Source of the DNA: Patescibacteria group bacterium
GTDB taxonomy: Bacteria; Patescibacteriota; Saccharimonadia; UBA4664; SCTI01
Assembly (NCBI GenBank): GCA_004297735.1
Contig: SCTI01000002.1
Coordinates: 192,160-256,159 of the forward strand
Direction of reading: 5' to 3'
DNA length: 64,000 nt
Of this stretch, positions 1-7,847 are shown in pieces. Within the stretch, counting starts at the first letter, position 1. Every line of letters starts with the position of its first letter. The notes beneath the pieces were generated by a model. The model did not search any database. It saw nothing but the letters and a program-made list of their open reading frames with translations, and was not told where the DNA came from. The position numbers and the translations under genes are program-made.

Positions 1-477
1 TCAACCGGCACGCTGTACGGCATTTTAAAGGGTGAAATAAAGCAGCCCATCACCATTGGAGTTGGCAACTACCATCCTGGGATCGAGGGCTTGCGCCAAA
101 GTTATGATGAGGCGCTATCGGCCATCGAGTTGGGCTCTCAAAACTGGGATGACAACCGAGTATACCACATTGATGACTTTGGAGTGGTCGCGCCACTGCT
201 TTCGGGAGTGGATGAGTCAAACAGCTACTTTAGCCGCGAGCTACTCGACAAGCTCAGCACCCACGAGCATGTGAACGAGACTTTAGAAAGCTTTTTTAGT
301 AACAACATGGCCCTTACTCAAACCGCCAACGAGCTTGGTATTCACCGTAACACCCTGGTCTACCGTCTCGAACGCATTACCGAGGCACTCGACTTGGATC
401 CGCGGGTGTTCGAAGACGCCGTTCAGATTAAGCTGGCCATGTTGTTTGCTAGATTTGTGGAGCAGAATCAAAAATGA
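1..477 (+). CDS. CdaR/PucR-family transcriptional regulator, C-terminal part (5-prime end outside window)
   Basis: Frame 1 is open from position 1. The C-terminal motif LGIHRNTLVYRLERITEALDLDPRVFEDAVQIKLAMLF matches the PucR/CdaR C-terminal HTH. The stop overlaps the next gene start (ATGA). Confidence 0.6.
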   Translation, partial: STGTLYGILKGEIKQPITIGVGNYHPGIEGLRQSYDEALSAIELGSQNWDDNRVYHIDDFGVVAPLLSGVDESNSYFSRELLDKLSTHEHVNETLESFFSNNMALTQTANELGIHRNTLVYRLERITEALDLDPRVFEDAVQIKLAMLFARFVEQNQK

Positions 478-1676
478 AGCTAACTCCCAAAATCAGCAAC
501 GAGATTGTGAGCCGGGCCCAGTTGGTTTTGGGTCGACGGATTTTGGTTACCGACCAGCAGGGCCGCTTAATGGCGGGAAACACCGCCGGTTTGCCAGTTA
601 AGGGCGCCATTCTTGATGGACTAAGGGCCTGTCAGGAGGGCAAGGTGATCCGCGGCAGCGTTGGCGAAACCAGCGTGTCTTGGTGCCCTTTTGTGTACGA
701 GCAGCAGACCATCGGTGCCTTTGGCGTGATCGAAGAGGACGTGCAGGTTACCCCGGAGGCACTTAGCTTACTGCAGGGACTCACCGAGGTGGTAACCCAT
801 CAGCACTTTTTGTTAGAAAGAGTGCAGCCGTCTGGCGGCGTGCAGGCCAAGTTCTTGCGCGAGCTGCTCACTTCAACCCAAATCGACACCAATGAGCGCT
901 ATCGTCAAGCCGATATCCTGCAGCTTAATATTCGCGCTCCTCAAGCTGTAATGCTGGTGCGAGTTGGGGGCCTTGAGCCTACTAGTAAAAATGGCGACTC
1001 AAATCAAACCGACGAGCTAACCCCTAACGGCCAGATTGCCGAGATTATCACCACCATCCAGGCTCTGTTTGACGATGAGCCAGATAATGTAGTGGCCTAT
1101 TTGGGCGATGAGGTTTTTGTGGTGCTAAAGGGTATTGGCGGCAGTGGCCTCAACACCCGCAACACCACCCGCTTTTTAAAGGATAAGGGCGCCTACCTGC
1201 ATCGTAGCCTGGCGCAAAAGTTACCCAGCAATCGCGTTACCATTGGGGTTGGTCAGTACTACCCCGACCTAGGAGGACTGCGCAAAAGCTATCAGGAGTC
1301 AAAGTTGGCTCTAAGCGTAGGATCGCGAGTTTGGGGCGAAGGCCAGCTGTATCACATCCGCCAGGTTGGCATGTTTGTCACCTTGGCTAATACCGCCTAC
1401 GAGCACAAGGCTGAGTTGGCGCATCAAATCCTCCACCCACTCTTACGCGACGAGCAGCTTTATAAAACGGTGCGGTTGTTTTTAGAAAACGGTTTGAACC
1501 TCACCAACGCGGCCCAAAAGCTGCATGTTCACCGCAATACTTTAATCTACCGACTCGATAAAGTAAGCCGCTTAATTGGCCTTGACCCGCGCAAGTTTGA
1601 GGATGCCCTGCAAATCAAACTTGGCTTAATGTTCTATCAAGATTCAGAGCTACCAGCCACCAATAGCTCTAATTAA
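474..1676 (+). CDS. CdaR (sugar diacid regulator)/PucR-family transcriptional regulator
   Basis: 400 aa. C-terminal LHVHRNTLIYRLDKVSRLIGLDPRKFEDALQIKLGLMFY PucR-type HTH. Paralogous to the upstream partial ORF, sharing GVGQYYPDLGGLRKSYQESKLAL versus GVGNYHPGIEGLRQSYDEALSAI. Confidence 0.7.
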   Translation: MKLTPKISNEIVSRAQLVLGRRILVTDQQGRLMAGNTAGLPVKGAILDGLRACQEGKVIRGSVGETSVSWCPFVYEQQTIGAFGVIEEDVQVTPEALSLLQGLTEVVTHQHFLLERVQPSGGVQAKFLRELLTSTQIDTNERYRQADILQLNIRAPQAVMLVRVGGLEPTSKNGDSNQTDELTPNGQIAEIITTIQALFDDEPDNVVAYLGDEVFVVLKGIGGSGLNTRNTTRFLKDKGAYLHRSLAQKLPSNRVTIGVGQYYPDLGGLRKSYQESKLALSVGSRVWGEGQLYHIRQVGMFVTLANTAYEHKAELAHQILHPLLRDEQLYKTVRLFLENGLNLTNAAQKLHVHRNTLIYRLDKVSRLIGLDPRKFEDALQIKLGLMFYQDSELPATNSSN

Positions 1677-1853
1677 AGACCCGGGTACTGCCTTCTTACA
1701 AAAACCAACTGCCATACTTGCAATTTTTTGTAAAAGTTGTAATTTGACATTTTTGTTAATAAAAACTATCCTTATAGGCAGTTTGGGCGGTCTCACAAAG
1801 TGGATCGCTAAATTTATTGGGCTTTAACCCATATTAATGAGGAGAGTTTAAAT

Positions 1854-2066
1854 ATGAGTCGCTACTCCAACCTTGACTCTTACGCCTTGTTTTACGAAAA
1901 AATTGAGGGCGGTAACCCCCATACCGTTTCGAACACCAACACCGGCAACCGAGCCACGTCCGGCGTCCCTACCCTACCAAAAGAGCAGCTAGCTGAACTC
2001 AGCCGCGACATAAATCAACCAATTGTTGAGACCCCCGACACCAACCCACACACCTCGCAGCAATAG
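1854..2066 (+). CDS. hypothetical small protein (70 aa)
   Basis: RBS gaggag 8 nt upstream. Followed by an intrinsic terminator at 2067-2088. Confidence 0.4.
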   Translation: MSRYSNLDSYALFYEKIEGGNPHTVSNTNTGNRATSGVPTLPKEQLAELSRDINQPIVETPDTNPHTSQQ

Positions 2067-2088
2067 CCGGCTGACTTAGCCGGTTTTA
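2067..2088 (+). terminator. intrinsic terminator (ccggct-gactt-agccgg + TTTT)
   Basis: Perfect 6-bp stem followed by a T-run directly after the stop codon of ORF 1854-2066. Confidence 0.5.
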
Positions 2089-2159
2089 TTGTGGCTTGCT
2101 TGTTCGCCTTTTGTTCGGTATAATAGATGTGGGGATACTTCTAAGCAGGAGGAGTTGTT

Positions 2160-2585
2160 ATGAAGCAGCAGCTTACAACATCAAGGCATAAGTTAAGAGT
2201 TTATCAGCTAAGTCGACAGCTAGAGGACGATATTCATGAGTTGATCAAACAACTCCCCGCTTCGGAGTTCTATGGCCTCGGAGATGAGCTGAGGCGTGGT
2301 AGCGCTACGGTCGCCCATTACATCAGCGAGGCCGATCAGCGCTACAGCTACAGCCTTAAAGTCGAAACCCTCAATCTAGCTCGAACCGCCATTCGCCAGG
2401 TCAGAGAGCTGCTAAGCCAGTACCAAAAAGAGTCCTTTGGGAGCACTGCCGAGATACGCAAGCAGTACCAGGCTCTTAGCCAGCAGCTATGGGCCCTGAT
2501 AGCCCACTACCGCCGCCGGCAGCAGGAGCGACAGAGCCGGGCTCGAATTAAGGCGGCCGACGCACTAGCTTTTGCCCGCAGCTAA
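2160..2585 (+). CDS. four-helix-bundle protein (23S rRNA intervening-sequence protein family, TIGR02436-like)
   Basis: Motif LPASEFYGLGDELRRGSATVAHYISEA resembles the FP+SE+YGL.SQ+RRAA.SI..NIAEG signature of this family. Strong RBS aggagg. A TTGCTT-17-TATAAT promoter lies at 2096-2124. The stop overlaps dinB. Confidence 0.5.
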   Translation: MKQQLTTSRHKLRVYQLSRQLEDDIHELIKQLPASEFYGLGDELRRGSATVAHYISEADQRYSYSLKVETLNLARTAIRQVRELLSQYQKESFGSTAEIRKQYQALSQQLWALIAHYRRRQQERQSRARIKAADALAFARS

Positions 2586-2589
2586 AGCC

Positions 2590-3840
2590 ATGGGGATTGA
2601 GCGACTGCTATCCCAGCAGCCGGTGCACGGAAGGATTATCTATATCGACATGGACTCCTTTTTTGCCTCGGTTGAACAGCAAGTAAACCCGGATTTGCGG
2701 GGTAAGCCGGTCGCGATCTGCCCCTTTCTACATAATGCCACCTCGGTTATAGCCGCTTCGATCGAAGCTAAGCGACTTGGCGTCCGCACCGGTACACCGG
2801 TTCGAATGGCTAAGCAGCTATGCCCCGGTCTAGTCTTGCTCGCCGACACCCCCACTAGCTACCGCCAATTCCATAGCGCCATCATGGCCGAGCTAGCCGA
2901 AACCCGCTGCCAGGTAGAGGTGCGAAGCATCGATGAGGCCGCTCTAACCGTGCCGTATGACTTGGTACCAACTGCTCCTAAGGTTGCCCATGAGGTGCAA
3001 GAGCGCATATTTAAGGTTGGCAGCCAGCTAAGCTGCTCCGTCGGAATAGCCAGCAACCGCTTTTTAGCTAAAATGGCCACCAAGCTACACAAACCCGGAG
3101 GCATTGCCGAGCTAAGACCGGAAGACCTGCCAGTCTACTATGAGCTGCTAGAGCTAACCGATCTATACGGCATCTCCTGGCGGATGGAGCGACGGCTTAA
3201 CCGACTAGGGATTACCACCCCGCAAGGCTTCTACCAAGCCTCCCACCAGCTGCTAGAGCAGGCTTTCGGTATTGAGGGAACTCGCTGGTATCTACGACTG
3301 CGCGGCTATGAGGTTGATGGGCGCCAAACCAAGCGCGGTATGATTGGCCACCAAACCACCATAACCCCTGAACCGGCCACCGAATATGACCAGATAGCGC
3401 TAGTGGCCAGTCAGCTTTGCCATCGGGCCTCCTATCGCCTACGGCTAGCCGGACTAGCGGCGCGCTGTCTGTCGGTTGGTTTGCGCTATAGCGACCGTAG
3501 CAAGCAATATCGTCGCTACTACACCCACTATCCGTTCTGGGATGCAGACAGCTGCGTCAGGCACGCCAGCAAGCTCCTTAAAGACATACCCCTAGATCAA
3601 CCGGTGCGCCTGGTAGACGTAAGCTTATCCCGGCTCTCGCCTCAAGCCGATCTAACTCTGTCTCTATTCCCCGAAAAAACCCCGTTTAAGCAGATAAGCT
3701 CGGTGGTTGATCAAATCAATGGGCGCTGGGGGCGAGGCACCATTAAGCCGGCCCTGCATCTGGGTAGCCAGCAGGCTCGAGACCGAATTGGCTTTGGTAA
3801 CGCCCACCAGATGGCCTCAGAAAAGACCCTACAGACTTAA
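2590..3840 (+). CDS. dinB: DNA polymerase IV (Y-family, DinB)
   Basis: IIYIDMDSFFASVEQ...GKPVAI catalytic signature of Y-family polymerases; about 416 aa. The ATG at 2590 is preferred over the TTG at 2572 given by the ORF track. Confidence 0.85.
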   Translation: MGIERLLSQQPVHGRIIYIDMDSFFASVEQQVNPDLRGKPVAICPFLHNATSVIAASIEAKRLGVRTGTPVRMAKQLCPGLVLLADTPTSYRQFHSAIMAELAETRCQVEVRSIDEAALTVPYDLVPTAPKVAHEVQERIFKVGSQLSCSVGIASNRFLAKMATKLHKPGGIAELRPEDLPVYYELLELTDLYGISWRMERRLNRLGITTPQGFYQASHQLLEQAFGIEGTRWYLRLRGYEVDGRQTKRGMIGHQTTITPEPATEYDQIALVASQLCHRASYRLRLAGLAARCLSVGLRYSDRSKQYRRYYTHYPFWDADSCVRHASKLLKDIPLDQPVRLVDVSLSRLSPQADLTLSLFPEKTPFKQISSVVDQINGRWGRGTIKPALHLGSQQARDRIGFGNAHQMASEKTLQT

Positions 3841-3882
3841 GGGCCGAGTCCGTAATGGACCCGACCCCTTAATAGCTCACGC

Positions 3883-4656
3883 TTACTGGTATTGCTTGAG
3901 CAAGCGTGAGCTTTCGGCCAGGAATTCGAAACAGCGCGCAATCGACAGGGTGTCTTGCTCATCACCAGAGCGTAGCCTCGACTGGGCGTCCCAGCATAGC
4001 TGCGGGTAGATATCGAGTAGCTCTTGAAGCCGATAGACCCGATCAGCATCCAGGCCACCAGTCACACCCCAGCCAAAATCGAGGCCCGAATCAACCTCGG
4101 CTTCAAGTACCGACACCGCTTCGACTAGGTCAAAAGAAATGCCCTCGCCCCCGCTCGGATCAAACAGCACGTAGTCAACAAGCCCCTCGTAAGGCTTAAG
4201 CCGTTGGATTAGGCGCGCAGGAGAGCCTCCTGCTTCACGATAAGCAAAGCGGCTTACCTGAAGAATCAGATTGGGTTGGGGGTAAACCTGCCTAAACTCA
4301 GTCAGCTGACCAGGCTCAGGCCAGCTAATGTTGAGCTGAATACCCTGAGCTCGAGGAATGAACTGCATTATCTGATTCAGCTGCTGGCAAAGCCGAGGAT
4401 CTCGGCTATTAAAGTGAACCACGTTGAAGAACCGATCGTCACTCACCATTAGATCTGCGACCTGGCTGATCTGGGGGTATTGGGCCGGATTGCTTGGTGG
4501 CTCACCTACAAGTGTCTTCCGACTAACCAGAGGTCCATTCATGAACCAAACCGATTCTGGCCACCTCACTAGGCGCAAAATCTCTTGCAGCTTATAAATT
4601 TCTTCAATGCTGGTTGTAGCTGCGATTCCAACGTACTGGTGTCTAGGCTCTGTCAT
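3883..4656 (-). CDS. hypothetical TIM-barrel-like protein, possibly phosphoribosylanthranilate-isomerase (TrpF)-like
   Basis: 257 aa; RBS ggagg. YVLFDPSGGEGISFD and GGLDADRV resemble the TrpF motifs YVLD.GQGGSG..FDW and LAGGLGADN (from memory). Function uncertain. Confidence 0.3.
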   Translation of the reverse strand: MTEPRHQYVGIAATTSIEEIYKLQEILRLVRWPESVWFMNGPLVSRKTLVGEPPSNPAQYPQISQVADLMVSDDRFFNVVHFNSRDPRLCQQLNQIMQFIPRAQGIQLNISWPEPGQLTEFRQVYPQPNLILQVSRFAYREAGGSPARLIQRLKPYEGLVDYVLFDPSGGEGISFDLVEAVSVLEAEVDSGLDFGWGVTGGLDADRVYRLQELLDIYPQLCWDAQSRLRSGDEQDTLSIARCFEFLAESSRLLKQYQ

Positions 4657-4895
4657 GGTTCCTCCGGGTGTGATAACCGGACATATTCATGGTAACGAGT
4701 TGCGACAACAGATGATAGCCACAGATGTGGTCATGCCGCTCCCGCACCCAACAGGAGTGACGAGTACTTTTCCCCATGCTAAAAGAGTTTTCCACTTGTG
4801 ATTTTAATAGTCACATGACAACATATTGTCATGGATTTGAAAAAAGTCTTTACAGCCTTAGCCCCCTCGCCTACAATACTTCTTGTGGTAAGGAA

Positions 4896-4945
4896 GCTCT
4901 CGGTTGAACTTAAGTTTAAGTTCGTACAGCCGAGAGCACTTTTTA
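4896..4945 (+). promoter_or_regulatory. leader hairpin with T-run (terminator-like) in nrdR 5-prime UTR
   Basis: gctctcgg...ccgagagc 8-bp stem enclosing the nested palindrome gaacttaa/ttaagttc, followed by cactttttattt. A TTACAG-16-TACAAT promoter lies upstream at about 4850-4877. Confidence 0.4.
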
Positions 4946-4985
4946 TTTGGTTTAACCTAATTAAAACCAAGATGGAGGCCTGAGA

Positions 4986-5429
4986 ATGAAGTGCCCCTAC
5001 TGTCGTGCCGAGACTACCGATGTTTATAACAGTCGCCCGACCAAATTTGGTACTCAGATTTGGCGACGTAGGCGATGCTTGAGCTGTCATGAGTCATTTA
5101 CTACTTATGAAGCAGCTGATTTAGGATTTATGAAGGTAATGAAAAAAAGTGGAAAGCGCGAGCGCTACTCTCGCGCCAAGCTGTTTAGTGGTATTTATGG
5201 GGCGTTTTTAGAGATTAGTGGTAAGCAAAATGTGGTTGATGCGGTAACCGATACGGTTGAGTCTCGCATTCTAGACACCAAGAAAGAAGAGATCCACACC
5301 GATCAAATTGCCCAGATAGTGCTTGCTACCCTAAAGCACTACAATATGGCCGCGTTTATGCGTTACCTGGCCAACCAGGCGGATGTGGTAAATGAAGCGC
5401 AGTTACGGCGGGAATTAAAGAAGTACTAA
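4986..5429 (+). CDS. nrdR: transcriptional repressor NrdR (zinc ribbon + ATP-cone)
   Basis: MKCPYCRAETTDVYNSRP...RRRRCLSCHESFTTYE is the canonical NrdR N-terminus; 147 aa; RBS ggagg. Confidence 0.85.
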   Translation: MKCPYCRAETTDVYNSRPTKFGTQIWRRRRCLSCHESFTTYEAADLGFMKVMKKSGKRERYSRAKLFSGIYGAFLEISGKQNVVDAVTDTVESRILDTKKEEIHTDQIAQIVLATLKHYNMAAFMRYLANQADVVNEAQLRRELKKY

Positions 5430-5568
5430 TAATATCTACCCACCGGGTTTTGGGAGTGGGTAAAATCAATTTTTAACCTGAGCTTACGTGTGGGTTAGTT
5501 TTTTGAATTTGGTAAATTTTGCAAAATGTTAGCAAATTTTCCAATTATGCAAATTTCAAATATGTACC

Positions 5569-5599
5569 CAAAAAGTAAGACCGCTTTGGGGGCGGTCTT
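5569..5599 (-). terminator. intrinsic terminator of rplY (minus strand)
   Basis: aagaccgc-tttgggg-gcggtctt stem; on the minus strand it is followed by UUUUU (the aaaaag run on the plus strand). Confidence 0.5.
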
Positions 5600-5628
5600 A
5601 CAGATAGATCAACGACATCTAAAACAAA

Positions 5629-6387
5629 TTAGCTGTTTTTAGCGCCCTCTCCTGGGGGTGTGCTTTCGGCGCCGCCAGCCTTACCTTCTGGCTCCTTGCG
5701 AGTTGGCTCGTCATCTTCGGTAACAACCTCTTCCTCGCCCTCTTCGACCGCGCCCTCAGGCATTTCGGCCTGCTCGTCAATCTCAGCATCCAGCTCCTCA
5801 AGCTCCTCGTCGCTACGAGGTGGCTCAACCTTAGCAACCAGCTCTTCGGGGGCGGTTAAAACCTCTACCCCAGCTGGGATCTTAAGGTCGGCCACGGTAA
5901 TACTCTTATCAAAATCATCTAACACCGAGATGTCATACTCAATTGATTCGGGCAAGTCACCTGGCAATGCCTCGACCTCAATCGATTCCAGTGGGCGGAC
6001 CAAACTACCCTCCTGCTGGTAGACCGCGGTTGACTCGCCGATCATATGCAGCGGAATCTCGGTCTTAATCTTTTCATCCATCTTAACTAGGTAAAAATCG
6101 GCGTGTAAGATTCGGCCGCTAGGGGCATCAATCTGTACATCATGGAACAAAGCGTTTTTTTGGCGAGCATCATCAATCTTAACTCCAATAATTTGGTTAC
6201 CACCGGCCCGAGCGTAGGCCCGTGACAGATCGCGAGTGTTAATGGTGATACTTTGAGTGTCGCTACCGTGGCCATAAATAACGGCTGGAGTTTGACCCTG
6301 TTGGCGCAACTGGTTAACAGATTTGCCGCGCTGCTCCCGGGTGGTAGCAGTTAGCACAATCTTATCGGTTGTAGCGGTCGAAGACAT
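5629..6387 (-). CDS. rplY: 50S ribosomal protein L25 / general stress protein Ctc (bL25) with acidic C-terminal tail
   Basis: 252 aa. The N-terminal 190 aa match the L25/Ctc fold pattern (TREQRGKSVNQLRQQGQTPAVIYGHG..., HADF...). The C-terminus is an E/D-rich low-complexity tail. Confidence 0.8.
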   Translation of the reverse strand: MSSTATTDKIVLTATTREQRGKSVNQLRQQGQTPAVIYGHGSDTQSITINTRDLSRAYARAGGNQIIGVKIDDARQKNALFHDVQIDAPSGRILHADFYLVKMDEKIKTEIPLHMIGESTAVYQQEGSLVRPLESIEVEALPGDLPESIEYDISVLDDFDKSITVADLKIPAGVEVLTAPEELVAKVEPPRSDEELEELDAEIDEQAEMPEGAVEEGEEEVVTEDDEPTRKEPEGKAGGAESTPPGEGAKNS

Positions 6388-6410
6388 AGAAAATTCCTAT
6401 TTAATAGTAA

Positions 6411-6740
6411 TTAAACCTGGGTGGAGCGAAAGCCGCCGCGACGCTTAGAGATTAGCCGATGAAACTCGGCGATTTCTTCAGCTCTAATCTCACCCATGGT
6501 GGCAAACTTGGCCTCCTCGGCTTGACGCAGATCGGTTTTAGACCGACCCCCGGCCTGACCAATTGGCACCGCCGTCAAAACCGGTAGTGAGCATTCGTGA
6601 CAGTTAAGCTGAACAAAACCGTAACGATTTAAATCTCCCAGGTAGTTAATGTCGTCCAAGTGGTAGCTGGTATCACAGGAGGGGCACTTGTAGAACTCTT
6701 GCAGGTACTTAATGACATCTTGTAAATGTTTACGACTCAT
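6411..6740 (-). CDS. hypothetical protein with C4 zinc-ribbon (CPSC...CHEC)
   Basis: 109 aa; RBS gaggggg; two CxxC pairs. Confidence 0.45.
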   Translation of the reverse strand: MSRKHLQDVIKYLQEFYKCPSCDTSYHLDDINYLGDLNRYGFVQLNCHECSLPVLTAVPIGQAGGRSKTDLRQAEEAKFATMGEIRAEEIAEFHRLISKRRGGFRSTQV

Positions 6741-6797
6741 GGGTAGACCCCCTCTTACACCCCCTATTATACCGCAATCAGGACGAACCTGACCATT

Positions 6798-7847
6798 TTA
6801 TTGCAACGGCTGGCGATGTCGTCCAATTCTAATCAGGCTAGCAATTAACACCACCACAACCACCAACAGCACCAGCAGAGCCACTAGTTTATGAAACCGT
6901 TCTGACATTAAGGCAATTACGCCAAATAGACCGGCCAACAGATACAGGGCGATAACCGCCAGGCGCTGCGACAACCCGGCTTGCAGCAGCAGGTGGTGCA
7001 GGTGCTCACGGTCGGCTGTAAAGGGATGGACCCCCTTACGAATTCGCCGAATAGCCGCCCACAGCGCATCAATAATGGTAAAACCAAGCACCAGCAAAAT
7101 GGTGGCTAGCTTGCCGCCGGAGTAAATGGCCAGCATGGCCAGCATCAACCCCAGAAAATAAGACCCTGAGTCCCCCATAAAAATTTTGGCGGGATAAAAG
7201 TTGAATGGCAGAAAGCCCAGCGTTGAACCGGCCAGCAAAAAGGCCAGTAGAGCGACCAGCGGCTGATCAACCTGTGGGGTCAGCGATAGAGCGGCAATCA
7301 CCAGGGCGGCGATACCGGACACTCCACTAGCCAAGCCATCGAGACCATCTAAGAAGTTGATGACGTTGACCATACCGACCATCCACAAAATACTCAACAG
7401 GTTGGCAACCGGTGTAATGTGAAACTGGAAGCCGATCAACTCAACCGCAAACCGACCGTAGGTTAGATCAATGGTTCCTCCGAGCGGGTTAGAGATGGCG
7501 GTAATACCAATGCCGCCGGCCAAGGCGATACAGGCTGCCAGCGTTTGCCAGCCCAATCTGGCCCAGGGGCTAAGACCCTTAACGTCATCGATCGCCCCCA
7601 CCACTGCTAAAACGGTGGCGGCTAATAAAAGCGCGCCAAGCTGTCGTCCAAAAGGCAAAAACAAGGTGGCCGTAATTAAAAAGGAGCCAAATATGGCCAA
7701 TCCACCCAGATACGGGATCGGCTTAACATGAATTTTACGATCACCCGGATAGGCCAGAATGCCGCGCTGCAGCGCAAACTGACGCACCAGCGGCGTAAGT
7801 GCCAGCGACAACAAAAAACTAGCAACAAAGGCTAAGAAGTAAATCAT
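6798..7847 (-). CDS. UDP-HexNAc:undecaprenyl-phosphate HexNAc-1-phosphate transferase (WecA/TagO/MraY superfamily, GT4 polyprenyl-P transferase)
   Basis: DRKIHVKPIPYLGG, AIDDVKGL, NFLDGLDGLASG and FMGDSGSYFLG motifs of the MraY/WecA family. Polytopic membrane protein of 349 aa. Confidence 0.8.
   Translation of the reverse strand: MIYFLAFVASFLLSLALTPLVRQFALQRGILAYPGDRKIHVKPIPYLGGLAIFGSFLITATLFLPFGRQLGALLLAATVLAVVGAIDDVKGLSPWARLGWQTLAACIALAGGIGITAISNPLGGTIDLTYGRFAVELIGFQFHITPVANLLSILWMVGMVNVINFLDGLDGLASGVSGIAALVIAALSLTPQVDQPLVALLAFLLAGSTLGFLPFNFYPAKIFMGDSGSYFLGLMLAMLAIYSGGKLATILLVLGFTIIDALWAAIRRIRKGVHPFTADREHLHHLLLQAGLSQRLAVIALYLLAGLFGVIALMSERFHKLVALLVLLVVVVVLIASLIRIGRHRQPLQ

Noticed and set aside
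4814-4833. Palindrome catgacaa-cata-ttgtcatg, considered as a canonical NrdR box.
   Set aside because: Length and spacing do not match the 16-bp NrdR-box consensus. Kept only as a generic candidate operator.
5660-6022. 120-aa Ser-rich plus-strand ORF.
   Set aside because: It lies entirely antisense inside the well-supported rplY gene. Its low-complexity composition mirrors the acidic tail codons. Spurious.
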